Position numbers and translations under genes: made by a program
NCBI GenBank assembly: GCA_004764695.1
Contig: SMSO01000035.1
Location: 3,174,040-3,238,039, forward strand
Reading direction: 5' to 3'
DNA: 64,000 bases
Origin: Schizochytrium sp. TIO01
Lineage: Eukaryota; Protista; Bigyra: Labyrinthulomycetes
The notes under the pieces: generated by a model
The model's input: the letters and a program-made list of their open reading frames with translations, nothing else
Databases searched by the model: none
What the model was told of the DNA's origin: nothing
Shown: one piece after another, positions 1 through 11,583 of the stretch
How positions within the stretch are numbered: the stretch's first letter is position 1
How the letters are laid out: each line of letters opens with the position of its first letter

Positions 1-904
1 CCGTGCAGCACCTCCACCTGCGAGCCACCTCTCACCTCGCGAGGTCATGAGACGTTCGCAGCTGCGAAGAAGCGAAACTGATTGTGGGTGTTACAACCTT
101 GAATAGAGAATACGTCATAAATAGTATAAAATGTCACAAATAAAAGTCTCATAGCTTTTTTGGAAAGGGTTTATTCGAGGTTGCGTACTCAGACATGTTT
201 TCGTGGGGCGACTCAGCTTTGGTCGTGTAGGTTTTGACGTGTTTTGAGCAATCCGATCTCATTACGGGTGACTTATGTGAAATGAAACTATTTTTGCTCA
301 CAAGAGCTCTTCGAAAACGAAAGAGAAAGAAGAATTGCAATTTCTGCGTTGCAGTTCAGCCTAAGGCTTCAAAGATACTATTTCTGTGAACTGGAAATGT
401 GATCATGCAGCTCTTCTTTTTAATTTGACAATCTTCAATCTTCGAAATTACTGGTAGGACAAAAGTAAGGGAAACACGTCTCTGTTATCGCTAAGTCTGC
501 TGTATTCGCTTTGAATGATGCTGATGAATGAAATAATATTAGAATTTGCTGAAAGGGATTAGAAGCGTCGGAAAGAAGGCGGTAATCCTGCACATATGAT
601 GCGTTGGACTTCAAAAATGATGCTAGAATGTATGGCTCATTTCATGAACATTGTAGATTATCAGGTAGACATGCATAGGAGAGATAGATTATGAGACTTA
701 ACTGTTGCAAAGGCTAATGACTAAATGAAAGTAAATGGTTTAGATGGTTATACTAGACTATCAACTTGTTCGAATATAGACCTTCTTCAAACATAAATTC
801 GAACAATGCCAACAACTAGTTAGAAACTGGGTACTAATAGCACTACTTTGATGAAGAGGACCCTATTTCAACCCCCCACCCCCCCGGTGTAGAAATCCTC
901 CTCG

Positions 905-3900
905 TTACACGGAGGATGTTGGACGCGGAGGATTTGGTGTTGCCGGAAATTTTGCTTGCTCGTCCTGCTGACGCTTATGAACTTGGTGACAAGCAGTCTC
1001 TGTCACTGGCGTAGGAGGACGCCGTGGTACAGCTGTTCGCACACCGGGGCCTTGCTCAGCCTTGACGCTCCTGAGAAACTCGATGACATCATCGTGCATA
1101 TGAGACAATGCGTCATCAAGCGGAGTGTGCCCCCAGCGATCAATGGGATTCATGTTGGCCCCTGCGTTGCACAATATCTTGAGAAAGTGGAGGTTGTTTT
1201 CTGAGGCTGCGAGGTGAGCTGCAGTGCGGCCATCATAATCAGCCGTGTCCAAAGAAACGCCTTCGGATGTACACAGCTTCAAGGCCTTGATGTCTCCACG
1301 AGTAGCTGCCTCCACAAGACGCTGACAGCGACGCTGCAAGTAGAATTCGTTGGAGAAGTCTCTCACATCGAGCTTTTTACTCACGCCTCGAAGAAGACTG
1401 TAGCGATGGATAGTATACTTTTCTTGCATAATCTTGCAAAAGTGAATGCCACGTGCAGAGTTTCCAAGCTTATCGAGACGAGGGGACCATGTGCACATGC
1501 CCATAACATTAGGAATGACAATTAGCAGAGCACCGGCAACACCAGATTTGGCAGGTACACCAATAGAAAATTGGAACTCACCAGCATAATCATACATTCC
1601 AGAGGACGCCATGATTGAAAGACAGTTTCGCACAGTTTCTGCGCGGAAAACGCGTTTCTGGGAAATTGGACAGACACCACCGTTGGCAAGAGTTGCCGCA
1701 ACCACAGAAAGAGTTTCGGCAGTTGCCTCCAGACTGCACATTTGAAAATAAAATTCAAGTACCTCTTCCAAGGCATGTGTTGAATTCACATGCGAGGGGA
1801 ATGCACCCTTCTCCTTCATCAAATAGCCAAGACAGCGATTGCGGTCTGCAGTAAACATCTCGCTGAGAAAGGTCTCGTTGGAGTAGCCAGGGGCTTCACC
1901 GCCAGCCAATTCTTTCCATACTGATGTGACGTAATCAAAGCGGTCCTCACTACTGACTTCGGGGAGAATGAGGGACGCGGTCATAATAGCACCAGCATTG
2001 ATCAGAGGGTTGTGCGGAAGACCGTACTTATTTAAGGTAAGCTCGTTAAAGTTACGACCACTTGGTTCATGAGCGACGTGTCGATGAATTACGCCTTCAC
2101 CAACAAGTTCATGAGCAATACAGTACGAAATGGGCTTCGAGCAACTTTGTACGCAAAAGGGGTCTCGAGCATCTCCATACGAAAATCGCTGGGCATCAAT
2201 AGAGCAAACAGCGATACCAAACTTTTCTGGATCTTGGCGGGCCAATTGCGGAATATAGTCTGCCACTTTACCTTCACGATGTTCTTTGGCTTGCTCAAAC
2301 ATATCAATCATGTCGTTGGAGAACTGCTTGAAATTGCATATCACCGCACGACCCTGAAGTACCTTCTCAATGTATGGGAACTTCTCACAAAAGTACTGCA
2401 AGCGACGTGCTGTCAGCTCACGACCACCTGAAGATTCCGAGCTGTTTTGCCCCTTTCGGTAACTGGAGTCCGTCCCCCCGTTGACTTGTTTTCCATCAGA
2501 CCCGCTGCTGTTGCGTTTGTGTCGAAGCTTCTCAATGGAGTCACCAGAGCTACCCTTTGCGAACTCTCGAGCCAAATCATTGTAACGCTCTTCTGTACCA
2601 ATACCCTGGTGGTGGAGAGCGTTCAATAAGTCGAGCTCAGTTGCCGTACGGCAGTGTTCAACGCCCTTTTCGTCTGTGTAAATCTGTGTGAGTGCCTCAA
2701 GCATACGCTCCATACGCTCTTTGGTTTGAATGTCGCTCTGCATACGTTTTGGAGCTCGTTGACCGTCAAGGCCACGCAGCAAGAGATCTGCAAGGGGACC
2801 ATTCATGTGCGACGCTTCAGAGCCGGCATCTCCATTTTCGCTTCCGCCTAGATTCTCAGTATCGCCATCAATGTCTGAATCAACTGTTTGAATCCGGCCA
2901 TCAACCGCATGAGCAGCAAGATTACTGCCACGCTGCGACATAGCATCGACAAGCATATGATAGGTACGGAGACCGCTCGATAGCTGCGCGCGACTTGGGT
3001 TTCCACCGATTTGCATGTAAGTGCTATTGGAAGTGCCATCTATTGAAGGTGAAGCAGCACTTCCACTCTCACTTACAGAGTTTTTGGGGGAGCGCATGGT
3101 TTTGTGGGCCTCGCTATACTCAGAGGGCGTGAGCTCTTCGGTTGGTGTTGCTTCCGGGGCTGCATTGTTATCATCCTCTCCATCGTCCGTCTTGTGGTCT
3201 TGAATAATATCATCAACATCATCCATGCCCTCATGGTCTGATCCTGAGTCATATGTGCTTCCAAGCGAGTCTACCACAGACAGTTCCGTGCCAGCACCGA
3301 GTTTTTCTAAAACATGATAATCGCGAGATTCATCACAAACAGCATACTCTGGAGGAGATTGAAGAAATTGAACCACATCGTCATGGCCTTCCGCACGAGC
3401 GTCATCGAGAGGAGTATTACCATAACGGTCCTTAGAATTCGGGTTAGATCCAAAGAGGCATAGGAGTTTCACACAATCAAGGTGACCCTCTGAAGCAGCG
3501 ACATGAAGACACGTACGCATATCATAATCTGGGAGATTGACGTCAACACCGCGAGCAAACACTCTACGAAGGTGGTCTGCGTTACCGTTTGCCACACAAT
3601 AAAAGAGCTCATCAGTGAGAAACTCGGCTCCGCGAGCTACGTTTGCAGAACTCGTGGCATCTGTGTTTATACGAGAAGCATGGCTTGTCGTACTTTCTGT
3701 TTTAAACAGACCCCCTCTGATGTCACCGTTGCCTATGTGATTGTTGAGAGGTGGCGGTTGGGCTACACGGTTCTGTTCGGCCTCTTGCTCTGCGGCATCT
3801 GCTTCTTCGTTGGCCAACGCACTATCCCGAAAAATTTCACGATAGACATGCGCATCCTGCACAACAAATGAATCAAACGTGTGTAGGCCAAACCGAGAAA

Positions 3901-5086
3901 CAAACTCATCTGCAAAGGCAAGGCCAAACGTACTAATTTCAGAAGCTGGATTCAGTCGAGGAGAGAAAGTACAGAACCCCCCCAAGTTTGGAATCACCAC
4001 CATGGTGAAGCCCGACAGTGAACTCTTGCAAGGATAGCCAATTGTGAACTGTAAAGAACCACTGTACTCACCCATACCACACGAGCTCATCATGGATAGG
4101 CACATTTGAACATGCTCTGCGCTGAAAACACGGGTGTTCGTCGTTGGGCATACGCCACCTCCAGCAAGTGTAGCAGCAAAAATAGCAAGCTGTTGAGTGC
4201 TGGCCTCAATGCAGCAGTTCATAAAGTAGAAGTCCATTGTGTCCTCCAAATTGGCAGCAGCTTCTCTAGGGAAGCTATTGTGCTCCTTGAGCATATAGGC
4301 GAGACAATAAGCATGATTTGCATGACGGCGTTGAGAGAGGTAATGCGAGTTAGCAAAGTTGATGGAGATGTTGCCTGTTGCGCGTTTCCAAACGGATTTG
4401 ATATAATTGAATCGATCTGCCAAGCGTTCCCTATTTTTAATCAAAGCTGAACTCATGATGAGTCCAGAGTCTACAAAGGGGTTGTAAGGAAGGTTATTGC
4501 TATCTAAAGAAAGATCGCGTACAGATCGACCAGAGGGTTCCCGTCCAATACATTCATGGACACGTTCCATGCCATTGAGCTCTAGAGCTGTGCAATAAAG
4601 AAGAGGCGCGCACATTTCTGTGAGAGTGAATTTTTCTTCGTAATCACCACGGTTCCACTGCTGGCCATGCATGGTACAGAAGGATGCAGCAAGGTGTTCT
4701 GGGTCAACTCGAGCAAGTTTTGGCGTGCGACGGCAAACCTTTCCGGCCTTCCAGCCCTTGGACTTGACTGTACTTTCATAGCACTTGTCAAGCTGGTGTG
4801 AGACGGCCTGGAAATTTGGAATTACCAGAGTACCACTCAGAGCTGCCTCAATAAGGGTGTTATGTTTTGCAAGGCCCATAAGCTCGCCTAAGGTGAGCTC
4901 ATGTTTCTCCAAGCTTGCCAGAAACGTTGTATCTCCACTTAGACGTTCATCTTGAATGCTAAGACCCGTCTGTTGTAGCAGTTCAAGGAACTCTCGCATT
5001 GGGATGTTATGAGCGCCATCGTCCACCAGAGACGAAAGCAGTGCAGTCAACTCTGGGGAGCTAGGCGACGAGCTCAAGCTCATCAT
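905..5086 (-). CDS. GLS: Tandem glutaminase-ankyrin protein: degenerate glutaminase + ANK, low-complexity linker, intact glutaminase + ANK (1393 aa)
   Basis: The C-terminal copy has kidney-type glutaminase motifs GKVADYIPQLA, QSCSKP, HNPLINAGAI, SGMYDYAG and PAKSGVAG, then ankyrin repeats (DYDGRTAAHLAA, DRWGHTPLDDA). The N-terminal copy aligns throughout (EPSGR, PYNPFVDSG, DYDMRTCLHVAA, DRYGNTPLDDA) but has lost the catalytic residues. Confidence 0.93.
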   Translation of the reverse strand: MMSLSSSPSSPELTALLSSLVDDGAHNIPMREFLELLQQTGLSIQDERLSGDTTFLASLEKHELTLGELMGLAKHNTLIEAALSGTLVIPNFQAVSHQLDKCYESTVKSKGWKAGKVCRRTPKLARVDPEHLAASFCTMHGQQWNRGDYEEKFTLTEMCAPLLYCTALELNGMERVHECIGREPSGRSVRDLSLDSNNLPYNPFVDSGLIMSSALIKNRERLADRFNYIKSVWKRATGNISINFANSHYLSQRRHANHAYCLAYMLKEHNSFPREAAANLEDTMDFYFMNCCIEASTQQLAIFAATLAGGGVCPTTNTRVFSAEHVQMCLSMMSSCGMGEYSGSLQFTIGYPCKSSLSGFTMVVIPNLGGFCTFSPRLNPASEISTFGLAFADEFVSRFGLHTFDSFVVQDAHVYREIFRDSALANEEADAAEQEAEQNRVAQPPPLNNHIGNGDIRGGLFKTESTTSHASRINTDATSSANVARGAEFLTDELFYCVANGNADHLRRVFARGVDVNLPDYDMRTCLHVAASEGHLDCVKLLCLFGSNPNSKDRYGNTPLDDARAEGHDDVVQFLQSPPEYAVCDESRDYHVLEKLGAGTELSVVDSLGSTYDSGSDHEGMDDVDDIIQDHKTDDGEDDNNAAPEATPTEELTPSEYSEAHKTMRSPKNSVSESGSAASPSIDGTSNSTYMQIGGNPSRAQLSSGLRTYHMLVDAMSQRGSNLAAHAVDGRIQTVDSDIDGDTENLGGSENGDAGSEASHMNGPLADLLLRGLDGQRAPKRMQSDIQTKERMERMLEALTQIYTDEKGVEHCRTATELDLLNALHHQGIGTEERYNDLAREFAKGSSGDSIEKLRHKRNSSGSDGKQVNGGTDSSYRKGQNSSESSGGRELTARRLQYFCEKFPYIEKVLQGRAVICNFKQFSNDMIDMFEQAKEHREGKVADYIPQLARQDPEKFGIAVCSIDAQRFSYGDARDPFCVQSCSKPISYCIAHELVGEGVIHRHVAHEPSGRNFNELTLNKYGLPHNPLINAGAIMTASLILPEVSSEDRFDYVTSVWKELAGGEAPGYSNETFLSEMFTADRNRCLGYLMKEKGAFPSHVNSTHALEEVLEFYFQMCSLEATAETLSVVAATLANGGVCPISQKRVFRAETVRNCLSIMASSGMYDYAGEFQFSIGVPAKSGVAGALLIVIPNVMGMCTWSPRLDKLGNSARGIHFCKIMQEKYTIHRYSLLRGVSKKLDVRDFSNEFYLQRRCQRLVEAATRGDIKALKLCTSEGVSLDTADYDGRTAAHLAASENNLHFLKILCNAGANMNPIDRWGHTPLDDALSHMHDDVIEFLRSVKAEQGPGVRTAVPRRPPTPVTETACHQVHKRQQDEQAKFPATPNPPRPTSSV

Positions 5087-7175
5087 AGATACGTAATATC
5101 CACACTCAGCTCCTAGCTTCGAATTCGATCAATTAATTTTGCCTTCCGTCGCTTGAAGTCGATCTCCGCCAATCCTAAATGTCTGCTCTCTGCTTTAACG
5201 TTGGCACAGTTGTTGCCTTCACTGTGCTTTACTCCTTTTCTAGTGACCAAAAAGGCAGCAACAGATACAGTCAGAAAAGAGTCCCTCCACGTCAGACTAG
5301 GTTAACGTCTTCGGCAGCTCCACCCTCCGTGAAGCGGCGCTACTTCCGTTGCCGGAATTGGGCGGAGTCTTACTGGTGCAACTCCACCGTCGCGAGGTTG
5401 GCCACGGCAGCGCACCAAGGCCTTCTTCAATTCAAGATTTGGATGCGAACTGACAAATCGTTTTTTTCAATGAATGTTGTTGTAAGCAGAACTAGTTATT
5501 GAACCTCAGCTATTCTTTAAAATTAAATTAAATTATATATTTTTTTGCTTCATTTGACAAATATTAAAGGAAATACCTAAAGGGCAAACTATGTTAAAGG
5601 TTATGAGGAGCTTAGAGGTTCCTAGGAGTAGTCACTCATGAAGCATCTTTGATACAGCTGGCGATGCTGAAAGTTGAAGACAAGAGCCATTTCGCATCGT
5701 CTTTTGTAATGATACTTGGCCGTCTATCGAGGCTGAGCGAGGGTCATCGAAGTTCTTTCCATACCTAACTTTGCGTGACGCAGAGCAACAGGTATTTTGG
5801 TCGCGAAGGATGATTGGAAATCACACTGTGATCGATCATCTTCAGTCCTTTCTTTTCAGACACCCGTATCTACAAACTTCGAATTGCAATTTACAATTTC
5901 GCAATCCTCCTCGATGGATGGGAGGCCGCGATCTCAACCCGCCATTGCATCTAGAAGATCTCCAAGACCATCGAGCCACAAGATTCACCTGTGCCACGCC
6001 TCAGTGCGGGCGTATTGATTGATTGATGGATGGACTAATTTATTAAGTTCATTGATCGACTAAATGATTGATTGCGCGAGTCATTCTTTGGCCAATGATT
6101 CTGTGGTGCTCGAGGATCTTGATAATCAACGGCCTTGGCGCCCTTCCAAGCTTTGCTAGCACTGGCTACCATAAACATTAGGACTTTGCTCTCAAATTTC
6201 GGACCGGCGGGATGCCGTGAATATGTATAACCAATAGCGTAGCGGCATTTTCACACCTATGAATAAAATACGTGTATTTTATTTTCTCCGAGTTGCTTCG
6301 TTCAGGTTGAGGATGAGAAGCCACTCGGGCGGCTGGAGATTGACAAGAGCTATCACTTGTCATGGGTTACCAGAGGCATCAATTATAAATGCGTGCGGGC
6401 AGCTACTTAAAAAAGCCATCACTCATGTTATCGTGAGCGGAGACTCGCAATGAACAACACCGATTACAGTTACTACGACCTAGGGTGAGTAGTTGTGTTT
6501 TACAGTTGGTCATGGAAGGAGAATATTGTTAGTAGAGCCCATATTGGTTAGCTTTCAGAGCCAGTTTTCGTGCTGTTGCCCAGGAGCGGCTGTCCTCAGC
6601 AGATGATGGTAGTACCCAATAAGAACACGTCAACGTTTGATCAAGTTTCATGTGTAGAGAAGCTCCGCTGCTGTTACGCCATACTGGAAAGTATTTTTTC
6701 TTTAATTAGAAGAGAAAGGTCTCCTTTTCATCAACTAATCGGCAGAGAATCTAGCAGAGATTACTACTAGTCGTTCAAACTTTTACTTCTTCCTCTACAA
6801 CTGGAATTATTATTTAGTCAGACTCTAGGGAATGTATGCGTTAGCTCCTCTGCCCCCATTCTTCCTTCGAATTAACATGTCATACACCCAATTTCAAAGA
6901 AGAGGAACCACGAGTTCGCGTATGCCTTGAGCAATGTAACACTTTACGTAAACTACGATGCGAATTGCTCATTGTGTTTCAATTTGTTTATTTATTTAAA
7001 GAATCTGGCTACTTCACGAGGCAAAAAGAGTTTTAAGCGGTAATGAAATTAAAAAATCCAAGAGCTGACTAAAGAAAGAGCTACTTATTTATGTACATTG
7101 CATATGCCTACAGATATATATATATAATTTCGAATGGTGGTGGATGGTACAGCTTGAGCGGTTAAGATTGACAAC

Positions 7176-7883
7176 CTACTGTGTTAGAAGTGGCTGTTCA
7201 GCGCAAGCTTCAACAAAAACCCAGTCCGCCTTGGCGCCTTCTTTGCGTGTCCAAGCATACGTCGTAGTGCCGGACTCTAGATCATGCGTAAGCGTCAGGC
7301 GTACACGGAATCGTTCATTTGGAGTTTCATGTCCATCTGAGGAGAAGTCTACAACACGAAAGGGTTTAGAAATAGTGATACTCTGAACAGTCTGAGGTAC
7401 CTCTGCGGAAAAGTGTATCTCTGTGCGTTGGCGGCCACCATCAAGAAAATGTGCTTCGTGGTCTTTGCCCTGAATCCATTTTTCCTGGCCCATGACGAAC
7501 CAGGTTACTAGCTCTGATTGAGAGCATAGCTGCAGCACACGCGCTGCTCGAGACCTACTCGGGTCTCGTATCAATAAACGCTCCCACAAGTCCATAAACA
7601 ATAGTGTTGGATGACCCTTCCACGGTTTATCCCCAACAATCATATCCATCCGTGGAACATCGAGTACGAATTGCCGGTAGACCATGTCTACAGAAATCCG
7701 TTCTTGATCTTGCGCTCTATGCGTCTTGGTGACACCAGGAAGACTCCTGCTGCATCTAGATGAGTTATTCTCATCATTCGCGTCAGGACGAACAGTGCAG
7801 TCCCAATCATCATCCTCCAAGCTACCATTTAAAATACGAGCTTCGATTTTCTCCCATCCATCACCAAGTTCCTCGTCCGTCAT
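7176..7883 (-). CDS. Hypothetical protein (235 aa)
   Basis: Isolated ATG-started ORF between AT-rich flanks, with globular-looking composition (QFVLDVPRMDMIVG...VLQLCSQ). No family confidently recognised. Confidence 0.7.
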   Translation of the reverse strand: MTDEELGDGWEKIEARILNGSLEDDDWDCTVRPDANDENNSSRCSRSLPGVTKTHRAQDQERISVDMVYRQFVLDVPRMDMIVGDKPWKGHPTLLFMDLWERLLIRDPSRSRAARVLQLCSQSELVTWFVMGQEKWIQGKDHEAHFLDGGRQRTEIHFSAEVPQTVQSITISKPFRVVDFSSDGHETPNERFRVRLTLTHDLESGTTTYAWTRKEGAKADWVFVEACAEQPLLTQ

Positions 7884-8826
7884 AATAAATGAATTTATTA
7901 GCTAGCTCCTCACTGGAATGCCAAACCTGGCAAATTATACGGACGGGCAGACCTTTTACAGTAGCCTATACCTTTCACGTACCAACCTTGGCTGTATCTA
8001 AACCACGTCAGCTCTTGCTGTAAACCCGCCAAAATGGAGTATAGCACCCACTCTGAACGTCGTCTCTGCTTCCTTATTAAAAGGGGATATACGACTGTAA
8101 GCAGGCAGTTCTTCACTCGCCGGGATGTTTCCTCGAATCCCGTCGATCACGCTTCCGCAAGCGTGCTGGTGCTTAAGAAGCTGTCGAAGGTATACTGACA
8201 GGTTCTCACCAATTGTGCCTACTCCTGGTGCAAGCGGTACGATGCAGGCGCCGCCTCTTGCACCGGAAAGGCCAGGCCCGCCCAGAGTTTGTTTGATTGT
8301 CTTTCCTCAAGTCAGACTACTACCCAGTCCATAACTATTTCTGCACAACCCATTTTCACTTCCTCTAAACTTCCTCGGTACCCCCCTAAGGGCCCCTCCT
8401 CCCTCTCCATGTCCCTTCAAGCATGGTATACTCTAGCCCTTGCAAATCTCGTTCTTCAAAGTTCTTCCACCTTCAGATACCATGATATATCATCCTCCGT
8501 GCGCCGGACTGCTCCTTCCCCTCGTTCCCCTCTCGCGCGTCACCAAGTGCGCCCCATTTCATATAGGCCTATTTAACATAGGCCTTTTTATTCGCGAATT
8601 CCTTCCTTCCTTCGTCCATTCATCCATTCCGTCATTCGATTCGTTGCTTCCGCGTCACTGACTGGACTGACCTGCTCCTTCACTCCTTTTACTCATTCCT
8701 TGCCGAGTCCTTTCGCTCCTTCCCGACGCTTTCCCGCCGTCTCGCGAAGCAAAGAAGGGCCGCTCTGAGGAGCGATGGCTCCTTCGTTCTTGGTTTAGCT
8801 GCTTCCGATCCCTGAAGCCTTCGATT

Positions 8827-8953
8827 CTTTCCTTCTTTCTTTCTTTCTTTCTCTCTTTCTTTCTTTCTCTCTTTCCTTCTTTCTTTCCTTCATTCTTTCC
8901 TTCTTTCTTTCCTTCTTTCTTTCCTTCTTTCTTTCTTACTTTCTTTCCTTCAT
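8827..8953. repeat. Pyrimidine microsatellite (CTTT)n / (CTTCTTTCTTTC)n
   Basis: Directly visible tandem tract. It produces the spurious KKEG/KKER ORF at 8655-9044. Confidence 0.9.
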
Positions 8954-9775
8954 TTCGCCTCAGTCCTTTCTCCCTTCGTGTCCTGGTCCTTCCCCTCCGT
9001 CCCTCTTTTCGGTACCGCCGCGGTACCACTTTTAGCGCGCGCACGCCTCAGCCGCCTTGCACGTCCTAACACGGCTCCTACGGAGACCCGCATTACAGAT
9101 GTTAGAAACGTGCTTGCTCGCTTGCTCACTTGCTTGCTTGCTCTTCATTTGACCTCGACCTCAGCTCCTGGCCCAAGGGCCTCTCAAAGCACGCCCAGGC
9201 AGCGCAGGTCTGGCGCCGACCGGAGCAAACGGCTGTCGATAACGCGGTCCTAAGAATCTGCTGCGAGTTTGATCATTGACAGCAGCCCCTGTTCACGGTG
9301 AGCCGTTGGGAAATAAATGATGACTTTCGGAGCATTGATTGATTGATTCTGTCTCATTATTATTGACCTCATTCGTTACTCGCGAATCCGATTGTGATTC
9401 TGATTGTGATTCTGATTGTGTTTGTGGCTGAGATTGTGGTTTACAATGGCCGAGGATTCGAAGAGATCTTGAAAATGCGAAGTTTATCTTTACCTATTGT
9501 GGTTGGTTTGTATGTTTGTATGATTAATTGTGGATTGATGATTGATGATGATGATTGCTTTCTTTATTGTGATGGAATTTCTTTGGAGAAGGTTGACGAA
9601 CTCACGCGGTCGATGGCGATGGCTATGGCTGTGCGTGGTCTCTCTCTGCTGAGGGCTCTGGCGGACGCGAAGAGAGCTCAGGGATCAGAGGGTGCCTCAG
9701 ACATAAGAGAGATGCGTAGGTGGCGCTGGTCCACGGCATCGCAGTAGGTATACATTACATCCCTCCGCATTGCAA

Positions 9776-9882
9776 TACTTTCACCTCATTTCGTTACGAT
9801 TCGTTTCGTTACATTCCATTACATTTCACTTCATTTCATTTCATCGCATTACATGATTAATTCACATCACATTGCATTACAC
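9776..9882. repeat. Degenerate pentamer repeat (NCATT/TCGTT-like)
   Basis: acatt ccatt acatt tcact tcatt tcatt tcatc gcatt pattern. Confidence 0.6.
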
Positions 9883-10325
9883 GCACTTCCCCCCTTTCGT
9901 TAGCGCCGGTTACTCATAACTATAGCAGTGCCAGTTTCCTCAAAGTACTTTCCCCTTCGCAGAGTATCGGTGAAATCCATGACGATTCTACGGGTAGGCG
10001 TAGGAGTAGATAGGGGTTTGGTAGGAGTGCGGTGGATATTTTTGATTTTGAGAGGATTTGTAAAAGGATAGAGATGATTGCTTTGGAAAGGATAGGGATA
10101 GGGAGTCTTAGAGGATTGGGTTAGATAGAGGGCTGATAGGAAATATCAAGAACTCGCTTGAAGAGACTTGACAGACAGAAGGAAAGCAGTACCCGAATTG
10201 AGGCTAGATATCATCCGCGTGGAGGACTCTTGCGGAGCAGGTCCTTAGGTCACAGCGAGGCTGTTTGTAGATTGTAGATTGGTTGCTTGGTTACGTGGCT
10301 GAACAACTTGAGGAGGTAATTGAAA

Positions 10326-11583
10326 ATGATGATGCACAGTGGTCTTAAGCAACTTGCCCGGGCTAACGGCCTTGTGGCCCAGGCTCAGGCTCGCAGCCTG
10401 TCGCATGCGGCGCTTGGAGGCCCCACCCTCACGCTCACTGAGGACCAGAAGAGCTTCCAGGAGCTCGCTCGCAAATTTGCCAAGGAAGAGATCGCACCCA
10501 AGGCCGCAGAGCTTGATCGTACCATGGAGTACCCCATGGATCTCTTTAAGCAGGCCCACGAACTCGGTCTCGTCAACACCCATGTTGAGGCTGAGTACGG
10601 TGGCATGGGTCTCGGCTGCCTTGATAACTGCATCATCCAAGAGGAGCTTGCATGGGGCTGCACCGGCGTCATGACCGCCATTGAGGCCAACTCCCTCGCC
10701 TCCATGCCGGTAATCCTCGCCGGTACTGACGCTCAGAAGAAGGAATACCTTGGTCGTCTCATCGCAGAGCCTCTTCAGGCATCCTACGGTGTTACTGAGC
10801 CTGGCGCCGGCAGTGATGTCGCAGGTATTTCTACTACTGCCGTCAAGAAGGGCGACAAGTACATCTTGAACGGGCCAGAAAATGTGGATTACCAACGGAG
10901 GCTTTGCCAACTGGTTCTTCGTGCTCGCCAAGACCGACCCCGCCGCAGGCCCTAAGGGCATGACTGGCTTCATTGTGGACGGTGACTCGCCCGGTATCAC
11001 TCGTGGACGTAAGGAGATCAACATGGGCCAGCGTTGCTCTGATACTCGCGGCATCACCTTTGAGGATGTTGAAGTACCAGTCGAGAACGTCCTTGGTGCT
11101 GAGGGCCAGGGTTTCAAGATTGCCATGGGAGCATTTGACCACACTCGCCCCCCTGTGGCCATTGGCGCTGTGGGTCTTGCCCGCCGCGCCATGGAAGAGG
11201 CCATTGCCTACTCCCAGGAGCGCAAGACCTTCGGCAAGCCCATCGCCACCCACCAGGCAGTAGCATTCAACATTGCCGAGATGGCGATGCAGATCGAGGC
11301 CGCTCGTCTCCTCACGTACAAGTCTGCCATCATTATGGATGAGGGCAAGACTCGCAACACCATGTATGCCTCCATGGCCAAGGCCTTTGCCAGTGAGGTC
11401 GCAAACAAGGTTGCTTCCGACGCTGTACAGGTCTTTGGTGGCAATGGTTTCAACACCGAATACCCGGTGGAGAAGCTCATGCGCGATGCCAAGATCTACA
11501 CCATCTACGAAGGTACCTCGCAGATCCAGCGCCTGATTGTTGCCCGTGAATTGTACAGCGACCCCTCTAAGTTGATGCCTTAA
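10326..11583 (+). CDS. ACADM: Medium-chain acyl-CoA dehydrogenase, mitochondrial; one +1 frameshift at ~10872-10874
   Basis: Two overlapping ORFs carry [46 protein letters not shown] and [10 protein letters not shown]. Removing one G from AACGGGCCAGAAAATG restores the canonical NGQKMWITN. The N-terminus is presequence-like and codon bias is strongly GC3. Confidence 0.93.

Noticed and set aside
8655-9044. KKEG/KKER-repeat ORF
   Set aside because: Translation of a CTTT microsatellite.
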